Shown here piece by piece: positions 1-12,041 of a stretch of DNA of 64,000 nucleotides. Under the pieces are notes generated by a model. It saw only the letters and a list, made by a program, of their open reading frames with translations. It was not told the origin of the DNA and did no database searches. The DNA comes from the human T2T-CHM13v2.0 reference genome, Homo sapiens. The stretch lies in assembly GCF_009914755.1 (NCBI RefSeq), contig NC_060945.1; one strand, given 5' to 3'. Both the position numbers and the translations under genes were made by a program. Position 1 is the stretch's first letter. Each line of letters starts with the position of its first letter.

Positions 1-59
1 TGTTTAGTTTTTTCTAACACTTTTCTGTCTACTTTCAACAAGTTAAAGAACTTTTTGTT

Positions 60-785
60 TTATTTATTTATTTATTTTCCTGTGGTAAAATATGCATAAG
101 ATAAAATTTGCCATTTCAGCCATTTTTAGGTGCACGGTTCAGTGGCATGAAGCATATCCACATTGTTGTCAGTCATCACCACCACGCATCCCCAGAACGT
201 TCCATCCTCCCAAACTGAAACCCCGTCCCCATTGAACACTCCCTCCCCATGCCCCTCCTCGGTCCCCAGCACTCACCGTTCCACCTCCGGTCTCTATGAA
301 CCAGACTCCGCCAGGGACCTCATACGGGTGGAACCACCCGGTGTCAGTCCCTGTGTACCTGGCTTATTTCACTCAGCATCATGTTCTCAAGGTCGGTCCT
401 TGCTGTGGTGTGTGTCAGGATGTCACTCAGCATCATGTTCTCAAGGTCTGTCCATGTTGTGGCGTGTGTCAGGATGTCACTCGGCATCATGTTGTCAAGG
501 TTGGTCCTTGCTGTGGCGTGTGTCACGATGTCCTTGCTTTCTGAGGCCAGATCCTATTTGGCATGCATAGACCATCTTTTGCCTGCTCACGCCTCTGTCC
601 ATGGGCCCTTGAGTGGCTTCCATCTGTCGGCTGCTGTGAATAAACCTGCTGTGAACATGGGTGTACAAATATCTCTTTGAATCTCTGCTTTCAATTCTTT
701 TGGGTATATACCCAGAGAAGAAATTGCTGGATCACGTGGTAATTCGATGTTTAACTGTTTTGAGGAGCTGCCATACTTCACAAGT
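60..785 (-). mobile_element. Old L1 (L1MB-like) 3' end: ORF2 C-terminus plus 3'UTR
   Basis: Minus ORF 587-781 (IELPRDPAISSLGIYPKE...ICTPMFTAGLFTAADRWK) resembles the L1 ORF2p C-terminal motif; typical antisense L1MB 3'UTR text at 80-330. Confidence 0.9.
369..532. repeat. 54-bp tandem repeat x3 inside the L1 3'UTR
   Basis: Unit TCACTCAGCATCATGTTCTCAAGG... starts at 369, 423 and 477. Confidence 0.95.
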
Positions 786-1239
786 TTTTGAAGGTTTAGG
801 GTTTCTTTGGGAGTTTCCGTTATATTTTTTTTAATAGTGTCACAGAACTAATTTTGATGAAAAACACTCATTCTCTATCTTCTCATTCTGGGGGAATAAA
901 TTAGTGTGATTTGAATATAATGTAATTGCATGCAAATCCAGCCACAAAACCGGGCGCTGCGCACTGGCAGAGGGTCAGGAGTTGTGCCACCTTGCTAGGG
1001 AGGAAGGAGGGTGTGTTTCCATGATATGCCAGCGGTCGGTCCTCTTAAAAGGGTGTGTATTCTCTTGCTGACTGTTTAGAATTGGCAAGATGTGGTAATA
1101 ATAGTTGGTTTTACTATCATTTTTAGATTCTTTACAGGCATCACACTCCCTGATTGTCTTGTTCCCTCCTATTACACTACACACCTGCTATACCACTGAT
1201 CATAGCTATAGATGCCTAGGACTGTAACTGATACAACAA

Positions 1240-2660
1240 CAAAGCTACAAATGGCTCCAGGCCCGGATAGTTTCACAGGCCATTCCACCACACTGTTAAG
1301 GAACAGATAATATTTAAATGGATGCAAAGCATAAATAAGGAAAGAAAATTTCTAAATTCTCTTTATGAAGCTACCATAAGAATGATGCCAAAACCCAAAG
1401 AGACAAGCACAGAAAGAAAATCATAAGCCAATCTTATGAATGAACACCAACACAAAAATGTGAATTAAATTGTCTAAAAACTGTAAGCCATGACCTAGGA
1501 GACTTGAAGATGGTTTGATATTAGGAAATATCTTAAAATAGGTCTTCACATTCATAGAGCCTATAAAATTGCAGTAGTTGGGACATGGACCCCCTAGTCG
1601 GACAGCAAAGAAATTAGGCAGAGGAACCAGAAATGGATCCAAACACACCCACCTAGTTAGGACATAGGAGAGGTGATTTTTGCCTATCAGTGTGATGAAT
1701 TCCAGTTGTTCAGAAGACACCAACTGAATTACAACTAAATAGTTTTCTAGAAAAAAATAAAATTGCATTTCTACTTTATTCCCTAAGGCCTCCATATGTT
1801 ACAGCTACAGCAGATATTTTTATAAAGTTGGAAACCATAAACATACTAGAAGAAAACAGAGAGCCATTTCCTTTACTAGTTTTAGAAGGAGAAGATCTTC
1901 TGAAATAGAACACAAACTCAGAAGCCATAAACATGGATTAAAAGAAATAATAATAAAGTTAAAAATGTTTGCCTGGTGAAAAACACAACCACCATAAACA
2001 AAGACAGGTGAGAAATGAAATAGTATCTGCAATGCAAGGCACAGGAAAAGCTTTATTTGGTTCATACATAAAGAAGTTCTAGAAATCAATGCAATGAAGA
2101 CCAACGAAGTGATAGAAAATGGGCGAAGTACAAAAACAGTTCACAAAACAGAAATGTGAAGGCTGTTAAACATATGGAAAGATACACGCACTAATGGGAA
2201 AAAAGAAAGAATGCAAGTTAAAATCAGAATGTAAGACTGTTTTTAATCTATCCGACAGCCAAAGACAAAAGCATGAGAACCCTCTGTCGGTGAGGAGTAG
2301 GAGAGAGGCTCCTAACCGATTACTGGTGTGAGCAACTTGTGATGCCTTCTTTGAAATAGGTATAGAAACGTAGAGTGCACACACCCAGCAGCTCTGCAGA
2401 TAGGTGCACACAAGTGCTAAATAACATATGCACAAGGCTACTGACACAGCTTTACCTGCAAGTTGTCAAAAGCTGGAAACTGCTCCAACATGCCCAGATA
2501 AGAGTCTGGAGAAATAAATCATGCTACACCCAGACAGTGGGATTCGTGTCAGGCAGCTGTTAAAAAGCGGGAGGTGGCTTTATGTGCAGCAATGCACAAA
2601 TTACTGCTTAAAGCAGGAAGCCAGGTGCAGCATGCAGAACACTCCCTGGGCAGCAGCACC
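1240..2660 (+). mobile_element. Degraded L1 (L1ME/MD-like) ORF2 RT-region and 3' fragments
   Basis: CCAGGCCCGGATAGTTTCACAG...TTTATGAAGCTACCATAAGAATGATGCCAAAACC corresponds to the L1 ORF2 PGPDGFT...FYEASITLIPKP region; A-rich L1-like sequence follows. Confidence 0.8.
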
Positions 2661-2670
2661 TCTGGAGAGG

Positions 2671-3506
2671 TGCGTGAGTGCCTGGGGCTGCCATAACCAA
2701 GCACCACAAACCGCCTGGCTTAAAACCTATCCTCTCACAGTGCTGGGGCCAGAAGTCCAAAGTCACAGTGGCAGCTGCACCACGCCTCCTCTGAGGCCTC
2801 CCAGGGAGAACCCGTTGCTTATTCCAGCTCCTGTTGGCTCCAGGTGGCCTCTGCCTCCATCTTCACATGACTCCTCCCTGTGTGTATCTTCTCCCCCTCT
2901 CTTCTAAGAACACTGTCACTGGATCCGGGCCCGCTCCAATTCAGGATGACCTCACCAGAAGGTCCTTAACGACATCTGCACAGATCTTTTTTCCAAATTC
3001 AGTCACATTTATAGGTTCTGGGTGGATGCATCTTTTAGGGGCTCACTGTTGTCTCCCTAAAAGAAAGAAGCGGAGGCAAAATTAATCTAAGTGGAGAGTT
3101 TATTTGGGCCAAGCTTGAGGATTGCAATAGATTCCATTTGCCCTGGATCTACACTCTGATGAGCAGCAGTTCACGTGGCTTGTAAAGGAAAGTGGGGGTC
3201 AGGGAGTCGGCTGATACCAAGTTTTCTATCAGGAATTCTCATTAGTTTACAGAAATAGCATTGATGAGTGATTGGCTGTATGTTGTTAAGATATAGGGTG
3301 TGGGTTACGGTGTCCAGTGGGGCATTACTGGGTTAATCCATAGCTACTTGTGGCAACAGGAAGCAGTTTCCAGACATGAACACACAGCTCAAAGCAGGGA
3401 GCAGGGTGTGACCACTGTCTCATTTTAAGGTCTCTCTGCGCCTGATAATTAAAAGCACTCACATTCCACAGGCAAAACTTTTTTTCTCACCATTTAAACC
3501 ATTACT
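2671..3506 (-). mobile_element. MLT1 (ERVL-MaLR) solo LTR, interrupted near its end by another LTR
   Basis: GGGGCTGCCATAACCAAGCACCACAAACC...GGCTTAAAAC...CAGGATGACCTCA...CCTTAA are MLT1 antisense hallmarks; the element resumes at ~3490 (CCATTTAAACCATTAC). Confidence 0.85.
3050..3489 (-). mobile_element. LTR47-like solo LTR nested in MLT1
   Basis: Reverse complement begins TGAG and ends GACA; contains TTTTAATTATCAGG, GCCACAAGTAGCTAT, AGCCAATCAC and CAAGCTTGGCCCAAATAAACTCTC as in the recalled LTR47 consensus. Confidence 0.75.
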
Positions 3507-3784
3507 GCTGGAAACAGAGGTAAGGAAGAGATCATGGCCTGCCCTCTGAGATTTTATACCATGCCTGGAATGACCTATTATCAAAATAAGTAGCTGGAGC
3601 TATTCCATGGCAATGAGGAGGTCTGTGCATAAACTGTCTCCCAGTGGAGGACCGGCCACACCCACACCCTCCCATGCTAAGGACGGGCCCAGAGCCCTTG
3701 AGGGGCACCTTGACCCCCCAACACCACTCTGGAGCTGGGCTTCCTGTCTGCTTGCTGCTCTTATATCATAAGTAGAGAGATCAT

Positions 3785-3823
3785 CTCTTTCTCTCTCTCT
3801 CTCTGTCTATATATATATATATA
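3785..3823. repeat. (CT)n-(AT)n compound microsatellite
   Basis: Seen directly. Confidence 0.9.
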
Positions 3824-4219
3824 AATTAAATCTCTTATTTCTAACAGTGCAAAATTCTTTATTAATGCCAACATTTTTCCACTTTATGGTAACTCACTCA
3901 TCTATTATTTTAGTTGGCCGCCCCACTCCATAAACACACACACACAGGCGCGCTGGCCAGGTGGGGAAACCACAGGGCAGTAGCAGGTGTGGGGACAGGC
4001 ACCCAGTAGGTGGGGCAGGTGCCCTCCTCCCTCCGTAACAGGCGGGTCCAGGAACAGCTATGCTTTTCTGGCTCCCACTCAACTCCCCCACCCCCAGCAT
4101 TCCCAGCAAAGGGCTTCTCCCTTCCCCATGGGGCCCCACAGATTTGCATGTGAGTGACCCAAAGCTAGGTCAGTCATAGGCAAACGGGTCTATGCAAATA
4201 TTCTGTGTTAGCCAGATTG

Positions 4220-4454
4220 CTTCTGCGAACTCAGGGTTTTCTGGTGTAGCCATCTCCTTCCTGGGCCTTCTGTGAACTCAGGGTTTTCTGGTGTAGCCAT
4301 CTCCTTCCTGGGCCTTCTGTGAACTCAGGGTTTTCTGGTGTAGCCATCTCCTTCCTGGGCCTTCTGTGAACTCAGGGTTTTCTGGTGTAGCCATCTCCTT
4401 CCTGGGCCTTCTGTGAACTCAGGGTTTTCTGGTGTAGCCATCTCCTTCCTGGGC
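4220..4454. repeat. 47-bp minisatellite x5, near-perfect
   Basis: CTTCTGTGAACTCAGGGTTTTCTGGTGTAGCCATCTCCTTCCTGGGC at 4220, 4267, 4314, 4361, 4408. Confidence 0.98.
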
Positions 4455-4670
4455 CCTTTGGTCTGCTCTCCATTTGTCCTGAGAATAAACCCTGCTGCCC
4501 CACCCCCCACCCCAGTGCCCACCCCCGCCCCCAGCACCTCCTCCTGATTCACCGAAGTCAGGGTTGCACAAAATCCTTCACCTGTGAACCTGCGTCCTTA
4601 AACGTGCAGCCTGGGATGTGGAGGGGAACCTGGGGAGGTTTACACATTTTCCCAGCCAGACCCGCAGTAT

Positions 4671-4840
4671 CAGTGGTTCTCAACCAGGGGTGGTCTAGAC
4701 CCGGGGACTTCCGGTGAGGTCTGCACACAGTCTGGGTTGCCACACTTAGGAGGGGAGGGGCACCATTCAGCATTCTGCAGTGCACAGGACAGCCCCTGCC
4801 AGAAGGAATTTTCCAGCCCCAAATGTGAGCGGCATGAGCC
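4671..4840 (+). mobile_element. MER20 (hAT-Charlie) DNA transposon, internally deleted
   Basis: CAGTGGTTCTCAACCAGGGG start; TGCACAGGACAGCCCC...CCCAAATGT body. Confidence 0.8.
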
Positions 4841-5863
4841 AGGGCCTGAGTGTCGGGGCTGATGGTAAAGATATCCCCGGCAGAGAGGGTTAAATTCTTC
4901 CAGGGGAGTTCAGAGGGTCCTGTGCTTCTCTGTGAGGAGCGTGTCCCCCTTCGAGGCAACCCTCCTAGGAGACAGGCGGGGGTCCGTTCTTGTTGATCAT
5001 CTCACAGAGCTGGAGAACTACAGTTATCCTGGAGGCCAGATTGGAGGCCTCTCTCCACCCAGGCCGTGGTCCGGCTCACCTGCTGCCCAGGGAGGGTGCT
5101 CACATGCACGCCCTTGGAGCCTGTTCCGCCGGGACCCTTTGCCCCACAGTGACCCCGTCTGGGTTTTCCTTGCCCTTCTCTGGACTCAGTGGTCCCAGCC
5201 CCTCTGAACTTCCCCTGTTATCTTCTTGGGACTTACCAGTTCCATTCTGAGTCCCACATTGTGGCTGGGGAGACTCGTATTGGGTGGAGCTTCAAAGCTG
5301 GTGTGACCCTGGGACAGAGGAAGGCTCTGGGGACTTTGCAGTTACGGAGACAGCCAGAAAGCCACAGTCCCTTCTCTCTACACACTGCGGTGGAAGACAC
5401 GGCCCTTCCTGCCAACGTGCACCTCCCCTGGGCTCCTGCAACATCAGGGGTGGTGAAGGCACCCCCCTCCAGGAACCCTGGCCTGGTGGCCTCGGGGCAC
5501 GGGGGCTTCTGGGAGCCAGAATCCGCAGACCCTGACGGCCCCAGAGTGGGGAGGCCCTGCTGGGCCCGGAGATTCTTACAGACCCCGGAGGGAACAAGAA
5601 GGCTTCTGGGGCCTCAAGTTAGGTCTTCCTTCTCCTGGTGTCTGAGGCTTCTAGAACATTCCAAAAACAAGACAGCCACAGAAGCTGGTGGTCTTGATTG
5701 GTGTGGACTTTGAGAGTGTGGCAGGATAGCAAATCCTTCTGGCTTTTGTGTCCTCCTGTAATACTCTTCTTTGTGCAATTTCTTATTGTTGGCAGGAAAT
5801 CTCTTTTTCTCATGAAAAAACATTGCCTCCCCCGTGGGGTTCCGCTGTGGGGAGGCCCCTTCA

Positions 5864-6553
<690 letters not shown>

Positions 6554-7369
6554 TTATAAAAAAGAGCTGAGTTTTGGAGTCAGATAAGAGTGTTCTAGTG
6601 GCAGGAAGAGGGCAGCACTTGCGGGAAGGCAGGCGCTTTCCGACAGCAGGGTGTGTGAGGGGAACACAGCAGGGCAGGTGGCTGCAGCCTGGGTGAGCAG
6701 GGTCCTGCGACCCACCCAAGGGGGCTCCTGAGTGAGGGTCCCCAGCCACTGCCAGAAGGCGCCTGAGGCTAACGGTGTGGAGGACGCCTGGGGAGGAGGG
6801 AGACTGGGAGGGATGCGCCTTGGAGAGAAGCACCCCCTTGAAGAGCTGCAGGGGCCCCTGTGGGCAGCGGACAGGCAGCCAGGAGGGAGGCTGGCAGGAG
6901 GGGCAGAAAATGGGCTGGAGCTCGGCAGGCGGCTAGTGAGGGATGGGGGCCCTGATGGTGCCTCCCACATTTCTCTTGGGGGACTTAGCGTGTGCCCTGG
7001 CTTTTTAGCTTGGGTTGTGACACCACTCACCATGCCTGGAATTTGAGGGCAGGACAGGAGTGCGGGGTGGGGGCCGAGGGACCTCAGCTGTGGAGGTTGG
7101 GACGCTGCAGGCTGCCCAGAGACTGTGGGGAGGCTTTTGGGACTTCGAAGCTATGGGGAAGTCTAAGCAAGTTTACACTTGTGTGTGGCCGTGGGGAGAC
7201 CGAGGCTGAGGGCTGGTGCCCATCCTGCAGGTGCAAGGTTAACCTCTCCCTGCTCACAGGGGCCTGGCAGCCTCGGCACCCAGGGACGATGGCCCAGCCG
7301 CCCCAGGGACCACTGACTGCCGGCGGGCTGGGCGCATGCTCATGAGAGCAGTTACTTTGTGCATCTGCG

Positions 7370-7450
7370 CGAGAACCACAAGATGGGATTTATTGGTTCC
7401 ATTTCAGTAGGAGGAAACTGAGGCTCAGAGAGGCTTCGCACTTCCCCTGC
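7370..7450 (-). mobile_element. MIR fragment
   Basis: CCATTTCAGTAGGAGGAAACTGAGGCTCAGAGAGG is the MIR core. Confidence 0.7.
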
Positions 7451-8134
7451 TTGTGCTTGGAGGTGGAGGGCGCAGGATTCCAGGAGGGACTGGCCGGCCC
7501 CTCCCACTGAGGTTTTCACCATCTGCCCCTACCCCGGGCAAGACATCTGCCTTGGGAGTGGGGTCTGGGCTGGGGCCGGTGGAGCTGAGAGAGTAATGAG
7601 CAGCTCCCAACGCAGAAGGAGAAATGCGTGAAAACATGGAGCCCCAGTTGTCCCCGAAGTGGTGGAGGGTGTCGGGGGTGTCGGAGGGGGGCAAACCCGC
7701 TGAGGCACGGGGAGCACCAGAGAGGTGGGGGAGCGGGAGGGGGACACTGCCCAGGATGGCAGAGGCACCAGAGGGGGTCTGAAACCCTTCCAGGCAAGCT
7801 CAGGACCCCTGAGTCCAGCTGAGTCCCCAGCAGCTGCACAGAGCTCAGGGCGGGGGCCAGCAGCCGTGGAGCTGGGGGGCTGAGGGAACATCTGCAAGGA
7901 CGTGCTCCACCCAGGCAGACGCCACAGGACATCTCTGGACCCCATGCAGCCAGGCCAGGAGGCAGGATCCAGGCATGCAGCCCCTGGGTGACAGACACCT
8001 GGGCACCAGGGCGAGAGGCATCAGAGCCAAGGGAACCTCCTGGCAGCCACTGCCACCTAGACACTCCCGCAGGTCCCTGAAGGGCCTCTGCGAGGGTGAG
8101 TCTGTTCTGCTTGGGGTCACCCATAGAGACAGGC

Positions 8135-8943
8135 CCACAAACGGGCCCACAAAAGATATGTTCACGTCAAATCCTCGGAATCTTTGAACATGACCTTCTT
8201 TGGGAAAATGGGTTTTGGAGATGTAATTAAGTTAAGGATCTTGAGATAAGGTCATCCTGGATTATCTGCGTGGACTTTACATCTAACGACAGGTGTCCTT
8301 CAAGAGACACAGACACAGAAAAGAAGGCCATGATGATGGAGGCAGAGATCGGAGGGCGCAGCCACAAGCCAGGGAAACCTGGTCTCCTCCACCAGGAGCT
8401 GGAGGAGACCAGGAAGTATTGTCTACGGCCACGCATTCTGAATGTGCTCAGTTTCGCCTAATCTTGGTGAAACCAAGGAAACATCCTCCCCTGGAGCCTT
8501 CAGAGGGAGCACAGCCCTGCTGGCATCTTGGATATCAGGTCTCTAGAACTGCGAGAGAATCAATTTCTGTTGTTGGTTTTGTTTTGTTTTGAAGCAGGAT
8601 CTCACTCTGTAGCCCAGGCTGGAGTGCAATGGTGCAATCACCGCTCACTGCAGCCTCTACCTCCCAGGTTCAAGTGATCCTCCCACTTCAGCCTCCTGAG
8701 TTCCTGGGACCACAGGCACACACCACCACGCCTGGTTAATTTGTGTGTACGTGTAGTTTTTGTAGAGATGGGGTCTTGCTATCTTGTCCAGGCTGGTCTC
8801 AAACTCCTGGACTCATGCCATCCGCCCGCTTTGGCCTCCCCATGCGCTGGGATTACAGGCGTGAGCCACCGCACCCAGCCAATTTCCCTTGTGTTAAGCT
8901 GTGTGTGTGATAATATGTTAGGGTGGCCTCAGGAAACGCCCAC
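8135..8943 (+). mobile_element. MLT1C/D-like LTR interrupted by an Alu
   Basis: GATGTAATTAAGTTAAGGATCTTGAGAT...GGAGGCAGAGATCGGAG...CTCTAGAACTGCGAGAGAATCAATTTC; resumes after 8880. Confidence 0.85.
8573..8880 (-). mobile_element. AluJ-like element
   Basis: Antisense Alu with J-type CTCACTGCAGCCTC and GATCCTCCCAC; degenerate TSD AATTTCtgTTG / AATTTCccTTG. Confidence 0.92.
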
Positions 8944-9139
8944 CTAACTTGGGAAGATGAGAACAGGGAAATCTATACCAGCTTGTGCGTGAGAAGTTTC
9001 AGACACAATAATTACTCAGATGTTCTTTCATGGGAAATCAAAGCAGAAGACATCCGAATCTTCAGGGTTTAGATGTAGGTTCTGTCCCTGAATGTACTGC
9101 AAATCAAAGACAAACGTGGAGGGCGATCTGGCCCAGCCA

Positions 9140-10050
9140 GAACATCAGGTCGTTCCTTATGCTGCTCTATCATCAGCTCTCCGTGGAGCCAGGTGGCTGC
9201 TTGGGCACTTGAGCCAGCAGGAAAGAGGAGAGGATGAAGGAAGGACGTCGTCTGCCCCAGCTGCTGTAACACACCATAGGTGGTGGCTCGAGCCGCAGGC
9301 ATTTCTTTCCCCAGCTCTAGAGGCTGGAAGTCTGAGATCTGGGCCGGCGAGGTTGTATTCTGGGGAGGGCTCTCGAATTGGCTTGCAGATGGTCATTGTC
9401 TTGTTGTATCCTCAGATGGCAGAGAGAGGGAGCCCTGGTGCCTCTTCCTCTTCTGAAAGGGCGCTAATCCCATCAAAAGGGCCCCCTCATGACCTCATCT
9501 AAATCTAATTATCTCCCAAAAGCCCCATCTCCAAATCATGCCACATGGGAAGTTTGGGCTCCAATGTGAATTTGCAGGGGACACAGTTCAGTGCACAGCA
9601 GAGGGCATGGTCCTGCCCGTTAAGGATGCTTTCCGGAGGTTGCACACAACACTTCTGCTTAAAATTTGGGCACCAAAATTTAGGCACATGGTCACAGCTG
9701 GCTGCGAGGGGGAATGGGAATTGTATCCAGCTAAAATTAAGGAGTTCATATTATGACGTGCTCCGATAAGAGTAGGGATTCAGACTTTCCCCATGTCCCT
9801 TCGTTGCTTCATGCCTCTTCACAGTCCTTCATATCGATCCTGCCGTCTCATGGTCCAACGTGGCTGCCTGAGTACCTGTCATCACCTCTGCATTCCAGCC
9901 AATAGACTATGCCTCACTTAGTCCTGATGTAGTGTGAGGAATGCAGTCTCTTATCTGAATGCAGTGTGTCCAGTGAAAAGCTGGGGTTCTTGTTATTCAG
10001 GAAGAAGGATGGAAGGGCTGGGGGTAGTTAGCAGAATTTTGCCCACTGCC
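9140..10050 (-). mobile_element. Ancient MLT1 (J-O group) LTR fragments
   Basis: GTTGCACACAACACTTCTGCTT...CACATGGTCACAGCTGGCTGC and CATCACCTCTGCATTCCAGCC motifs; the first piece is split by a younger MLT1A. Confidence 0.6.
9245..9600 (-). mobile_element. MLT1A-like solo LTR
   Basis: CTAGAGGCTGGAAGTCTGAGATC...GGCTTGCAGATGG...CTCATGACCTCATCTAA...GGGGACACAGTTCAG. Confidence 0.85.
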
Positions 10051-11628
10051 CTTATTGCCCCAAGGACTCTGGGTAAAACACTGACATGTAAACTGCCCTC
10101 CTGTTTGATCATTGGCTGCTCAGAGTCCATCCCTGCAAAGCCCACACCATAAGCTCCCCAAGTGCATGAGTCACGACTTTTCTTCTTCTTGCTCCTATAG
10201 GGTCTAGGCTGACACCGGGCAAGTCCCAGGGGGGTTAGCTGGGCATGCGCTGGCTAAGCTGAAGATGGGCTGTACCGAGCCAAACCATGGGATGGGGAAG
10301 CAGCGCCAGCAGTGGCTGCCTGACCTCCAGGTAACCCACCGTGCACCCGATGCTGGGTGCCTCCCCTGAGCGCTCTCAGCTCAGGCTTTCTGCACCTGGC
10401 TTCCCCACCAGAAGGACTTTCCACCCACACCCTCTGCAAGGCTTCAGAACTCTTTCTAACAAACCCCAGGGGGAGGGAGCGCGTTTCCCCGCAGCCAGAC
10501 ACGCTCAGTGACATTCTAGAGTCAAGTTCAGCGCTTGGCAAAGGCCCATTCCATAAAGGACAGATGCCCGGCCTCGGGAGGTTACAGGAATGGGGAGAAG
10601 GGTGACAGGACCCTCAGCAAGTCTCTGTGTCCAGGGGTTTCCAGCCAACGTGGCTTGCCATGCTCCAAGCTGGGCTCAGAGGCTCTGGCTTCCCGACCCT
10701 CTGAGAGCATCTCTCTGTACACACAGAGGGGGTGGGGGCCAGTCACATCTGCTCCGGGCGATGTGACTCAGCTGTGGACGATGACGACATGATCCTGAGC
10801 ATGACAGGGTGGGAAGCTTTTCCTCCTTCTCCAGGGCCTGCGAACCCTGGAAATGCATCCACGATGCAAATAGTGACAGACATCATTAGCGGACGCATCC
10901 ATTCTGTTTGAGCTGGAAACGCTCAGGGCTGCAAGGCCCTTTTCTGAGAAGAGCGGTTCCTGTCGTCATCCTCCTCTGCACCGCAGCGTCTGATTCCCAG
11001 GAGGGACAGCCCGGCAGTTATAAAAGGCTCTTTCATGACAGGCCTAGAGGAATTAGAAATATAATTTTTTCAGGCGCTTCCAAAAAATCAAGTAATTAGA
11101 GCTCATGCACGTAAAAGGGCCCGCCATGAGATTTGTGGCTTGTTTTTTAAAGGAATCAATTTATATATTAAAACAATAAAATACATCCGGGGAGGACAAG
11201 CCTCTCTAATGCTTTCAGTGTCTTCTCAGTGTGGTTCCAGAAAACTCTGCCCCAGAGGAAACCAAGGACAGGGTTCCCTGGGCTGTTCCTGGGGGTTTGT
11301 GGGGGCTGCTGGGCTGGATGTAAAGTCATGTGTGTTCTCAAGGCTGGGGAAAGGACTTCACTGCTGCTGCTGACCCCAGCAATGTGTCCACTTGAATCAG
11401 CTCAGTGTAAAACAGAAAAAAAAAAGTGCTCTTGTCCTTTCAGGTCCTAATGTAGAGAGTGAAATGGCAGAAAGGATTCTATGTTAAATTTCCAGCTCGT
11501 AAAACCAGATGCAAGTTTATGCTTGTGCATGGCCATGGGGAGGCCAAGGCTGGGAGGGTGGGGCCCATCCTGCAGGTGCAAGGTTAACTCTCCCTGCCCA
11601 CAGGGGCCTGCAGCTTCCCCTCCCCCAG

Positions 11629-12041
11629 GTGATGGTTTGAATGGTATTCCCCACAAAAGATGCTGAAGTCCAACCCCCAGTACCTGTGAGTGGGACCTTC
11701 ACTGGAAACAGAGTCCTGGCAGATCAGGTTAAGATGAGGTCACAGGTTGGACCCAACAAGACTGGCGTCTTTACCAAAAGGGGCGATTCTGACACAGAGG
11801 GGCATGTCCAGGGAGGACAAACTGAAGATACAGGGAGAAGACGGCCATCTCCAGGAACATCTCAGGCTGCCAGAAGCTGGCAGAGATGGGGACCAGAGGC
11901 TCCCTCACAGCCCCAGGAGGAGCCAGCCCTGACCACACCTGCATTGCAGACTTCTGGCCTCCAGGGCCGTGAGGTCAGGGATTTCTGAGGTTCAAGCCCC
12001 CCAGTGTGGTGCTTTGTTACGTAGGCTGAGCTGACTCATAC
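11629..12041 (+). mobile_element. MLT1B/C-like solo LTR
   Basis: TGATGGTTTGAATGG...CCCCCAGTACCTGTGA...TTAAGATGAGGTCA...GACTTCTGGCCTCCAG...CTCATACA. Confidence 0.85.

Noticed and set aside
4220-4454. CRISPR-like appearance of the short repeat arrays (also 43878-44140)
   Set aside because: No unique spacers, no cas genes, and the DNA is primate
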